A stretch of 64,000 nt of DNA, taken from the NCBI GenBank assembly GCA_029211065.1, contig JARGFK010000011.1, positions 1 to 64,000 on the forward strand. Direction: 5' to 3'. Positions 61,949-64,000 of the stretch are shown piece after piece. The translations under genes and the position numbers were made by a program. Each line of letters begins with the position of its first letter. The stretch's first letter is position 1. The notes under the pieces were generated by a model. That model was given only the letters and a program-made list of their open reading frames with translations, was not told the DNA's origin and did no database searches. Origin of the DNA: Desulfobacterales bacterium. GTDB taxonomy: Bacteria; Desulfobacterota; Desulfobacteria; Desulfobacterales; JARGFK01.

Positions 61949-63700
61949 ATGTCTAAAGAACAACCAGCAGACATCAATGAAATCCCAACGGAGGTCATTG
62001 AAACGGATTTACTAATTGTCGGCGGCGGCAATGCCGGCTGTTTTGCCGCAATTGAAGCCAAGAAGCTCAACCCTGAGCTCAAGGTCGCCATCATGGAAAA
62101 AGCTCATATCAGCAGAAGCGGCGCAACCGCCGCCGGTATGGACGCCATCAACACCTATATCCCCCCCGGCAAAACCCCGGAAGACCTGGTTCGGTGGAGT
62201 CGTTCACAGGTCGGTGGAGGACCGCTTCGGGAGGATTTGGCCCTGAGTAATGCAAAAATTTTAAACGGGGCTGTAGAGGATCTTGCCTCCTGGGGTCTTC
62301 CCATCATCCGGGATGATGAAGGCACGCCCCAGTATCGCGGGGGCTGGGACATTTCCATCCACGGCGAGCAGCTCAAACCCATCATGGCGGAAAAGGCCAT
62401 GGAGGTCGGTGCGGAAGTTTACAATCGTGTGGCTGCCACCAACTTGCTGATGGACGGCGACAAATGCGTCGGCGCCATGGGATTCGGCGTCAAGGATGGC
62501 AAGTTTTATGTGTTTCGCGCCAAAGCCACCGTTGTTTCAACCGGCGGGGCTTGCGGTCTGTATAAGTCTTATACCAGCGACGCCACCAACTCCCACCATC
62601 AAACCTGGATGTGCCCATTTAACGTTGGATCCGGATATGCCATTGGGATTCGCAAAGGCGCCGAGATGACCTCTTTTGAACAGCGATGGGTGGCCACCCG
62701 GACCAAAGATCACTGCGGACCGGTGGATACGATTTCAGTGGGTTATAAATCCAATATCATCAACGCCAAGGGCGAGAAGATTTTAGAAAAGCACTATGCG
62801 CATATGGGCGGGGACAAAGCGCCGCGTTACATTCGCGCCAACGCCCCCATGGAGGAATGGTTGGCCGGCAGGGGACCGACCTATGCGGATACCACGCACT
62901 TGACGGCGGAGGACGTTAGAGACCTCAAAACAGATTATCTGAACGAGAGGCCATCGTTTGTTCTTTTTCTAGCCAGCCGGGGCCAGGACATCACCAAGGA
63001 CCCGATTGAAATCTATGGCAGTGACCCGTATGTTGTGGGGGGCCATACCGGCAGCGGCTACTGGGTGGAAATCAACCGAATGACCACCATTCCCGGCCTT
63101 TTTGGCGCCGGCGAATCAGCCGGCGGCAACCCCAATAAGTTCGTGGGTGGCTGTGCAGCCGAAGGCAAACTAGCGGCCCGCGGCGCTGTGGAATATTTAG
63201 GCTCGGTTTCTCTGCCCGAACTGAATTCACAGCAGGTGGAACAGGAGAAGGAACGGGTCTTTGCTCCGCTTTTACGGGGTGCCGAATTTGACGGCGTCGC
63301 CCCCCTTGAGATGGAAGAGCGCATGCAGCGGCTGATGGATGAATATGCCGGCGGAACCTCTCAGTTCTACCGGACCAATGAAGAACGGCTGGATTACGCC
63401 CTTAAACACCTGAAGATGCTCCAGGAACAGGTGAAGTTCCTTTATGCCAAAGACCTTCACGATCTCATGAGCGCCCACGAAGTGGTAGACCGGCTGGATG
63501 TGGCAGAAGTCCTAACGCATCACCTGAAGTTTCGCAAAGAAACCCGCTGGAAGGGCTGGCAGACCCGCTCGGATTACCCGGATATGGATCCAAAATTCGA
63601 TTGTTTCGTGGAAAGCAAACGGAATATTGAAACAGGCGAAATAGAAACGTTCACCCGACCCTATGAACAAATCGTTCCCGGGGATCGGTTCAAAGCATAA
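61949..63700 (+). CDS. aprA: Adenylylsulfate reductase alpha-subunit (AprA)-like FAD flavoprotein, a short (583 aa) homolog
   Basis: Motifs 'TDLLIVGGGNAGCFAA', 'ERSGATAAGMDAINTYI', 'NRMTTIPGLFGAGESAGG', 'MDEYAGG' and 'FRKETRWKGW' follow the AprA pattern. A strong RBS 'aaggag' is present. Confidence 0.65.
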   Translation: MSKEQPADINEIPTEVIETDLLIVGGGNAGCFAAIEAKKLNPELKVAIMEKAHISRSGATAAGMDAINTYIPPGKTPEDLVRWSRSQVGGGPLREDLALSNAKILNGAVEDLASWGLPIIRDDEGTPQYRGGWDISIHGEQLKPIMAEKAMEVGAEVYNRVAATNLLMDGDKCVGAMGFGVKDGKFYVFRAKATVVSTGGACGLYKSYTSDATNSHHQTWMCPFNVGSGYAIGIRKGAEMTSFEQRWVATRTKDHCGPVDTISVGYKSNIINAKGEKILEKHYAHMGGDKAPRYIRANAPMEEWLAGRGPTYADTTHLTAEDVRDLKTDYLNERPSFVLFLASRGQDITKDPIEIYGSDPYVVGGHTGSGYWVEINRMTTIPGLFGAGESAGGNPNKFVGGCAAEGKLAARGAVEYLGSVSLPELNSQQVEQEKERVFAPLLRGAEFDGVAPLEMEERMQRLMDEYAGGTSQFYRTNEERLDYALKHLKMLQEQVKFLYAKDLHDLMSAHEVVDRLDVAEVLTHHLKFRKETRWKGWQTRSDYPDMDPKFDCFVESKRNIETGEIETFTRPYEQIVPGDRFKA

Positions 63701-63719
63701 TTTTAAGGAGGAAATCAAT

Positions 63720-64000
63720 ATGCCACCGAGAGTTGACAAAGAAAAATGTGACGGCTGTAAAGCTGAAGAAGAAACACTCTGTGAACAAATCTGCCCGGGA
63801 GATCTCATGACCCTTGGCGAAAACAAGAAAGCCTATTGCCGGCAGCCTCGTGATTGCTGGGACTGCATGTCTTGTACGAAAGTTTGTCCGGTGGGAGCCA
63901 TTGAAACCCGAATCCCTTACCAGCTGGGTTACCATGGCGCCAAGCTTATCCCGATGATGGGAACGGACAACATTACCTGGACGTGTGTGGACATTAACGG
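63720..64000 (+). CDS. aprB: Adenylylsulfate reductase beta-subunit (AprB)-like 4Fe-4S ferredoxin, truncated at the window end
   Basis: 'MPPRVDKEKCDGCKAEEETLCEQICPGDLM…CWDCMSCTKVCPVGAI' parallels the AprB N-terminus. The RBS 'aaggagg' is present. Confidence 0.6.
   Translation, partial: MPPRVDKEKCDGCKAEEETLCEQICPGDLMTLGENKKAYCRQPRDCWDCMSCTKVCPVGAIETRIPYQLGYHGAKLIPMMGTDNITWTCVDIN

Noticed and set aside
1-64000. tRNA, rRNA, CRISPR repeats, IS elements, integrases
   Set aside because: No periodic repeats, no tRNA T-loop/acceptor signatures and no transposase- or integrase-like ORFs were found on either strand.

Overview
This 64-kb window looks like a GC-rich (about 55-60%) chromosomal segment, probably from a Desulfobacterota / delta-proteobacterium-like organism. 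Most genes are on one strand per block, many start/stop codons overlap, and Fe-S proteins are abundant. The dominant content is compatible-solute and alpha-glucan metabolism.

Main content:
- Trehalose and alpha-glucan: otsB, an OtsA-OtsB fusion on the opposite strand, and a complete GlgE pathway (glgE, treS-maltokinase fusion, glgB, a GT4 GlgA/GlgM-type synthase). With them are a GH57 enzyme, malQ, a GH15 glucoamylase/trehalase-like enzyme and a truncated treZ remnant.
- Sucrose: fructokinase, sucrose-phosphate synthase and a sucrose phosphorylase family gene.
- Other osmoadaptation genes: a MarR-proVWX glycine-betaine ABC operon, an MscS channel and a cation-chloride cotransporter.
- Housekeeping: trmL, adenine deaminase, sppA, a UbiA prenyltransferase, an MFS transporter, tctCBA and a bifunctional DAHP synthase / prephenate dehydratase gene.

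Most notable observations:
- A textbook ribosome-mediated attenuator lies upstream of the DAHP synthase / prephenate dehydratase fusion: a near-consensus sigma70 promoter, a 27-codon leader peptide with 7 Phe codons, and two hairpins each followed by a U-run.
- Four genes are broken by +/-1 frameshifts. Three sit exactly in A/T homopolymer runs and the fourth has a T-run in its window. This points to sequencing error rather than biology.
- An AprA/AprB-like flavoprotein / Fe-S pair occurs in reversed (A then B) order next to tctCBA, with no sat or qmo in view.
- There are two small low-GC islets, probably horizontally acquired:
  - an HTH gene plus a YhcG-family PD-(D/E)xK nuclease
  - an HsdR-N-like nuclease plus a ribbon-helix-helix protein
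- An orphan SWIM zinc-finger protein is present.
- A YdjI/YdjG-like module (SPFH-SHOCT protein plus zinc-ribbon proteins) is present.
- A 467-bp AT-rich divergent control region carries a perfect 24-bp palindrome between the betaine and sucrose operons.

No rRNA, tRNA, CRISPR array or recognisable transposase/integrase was seen.
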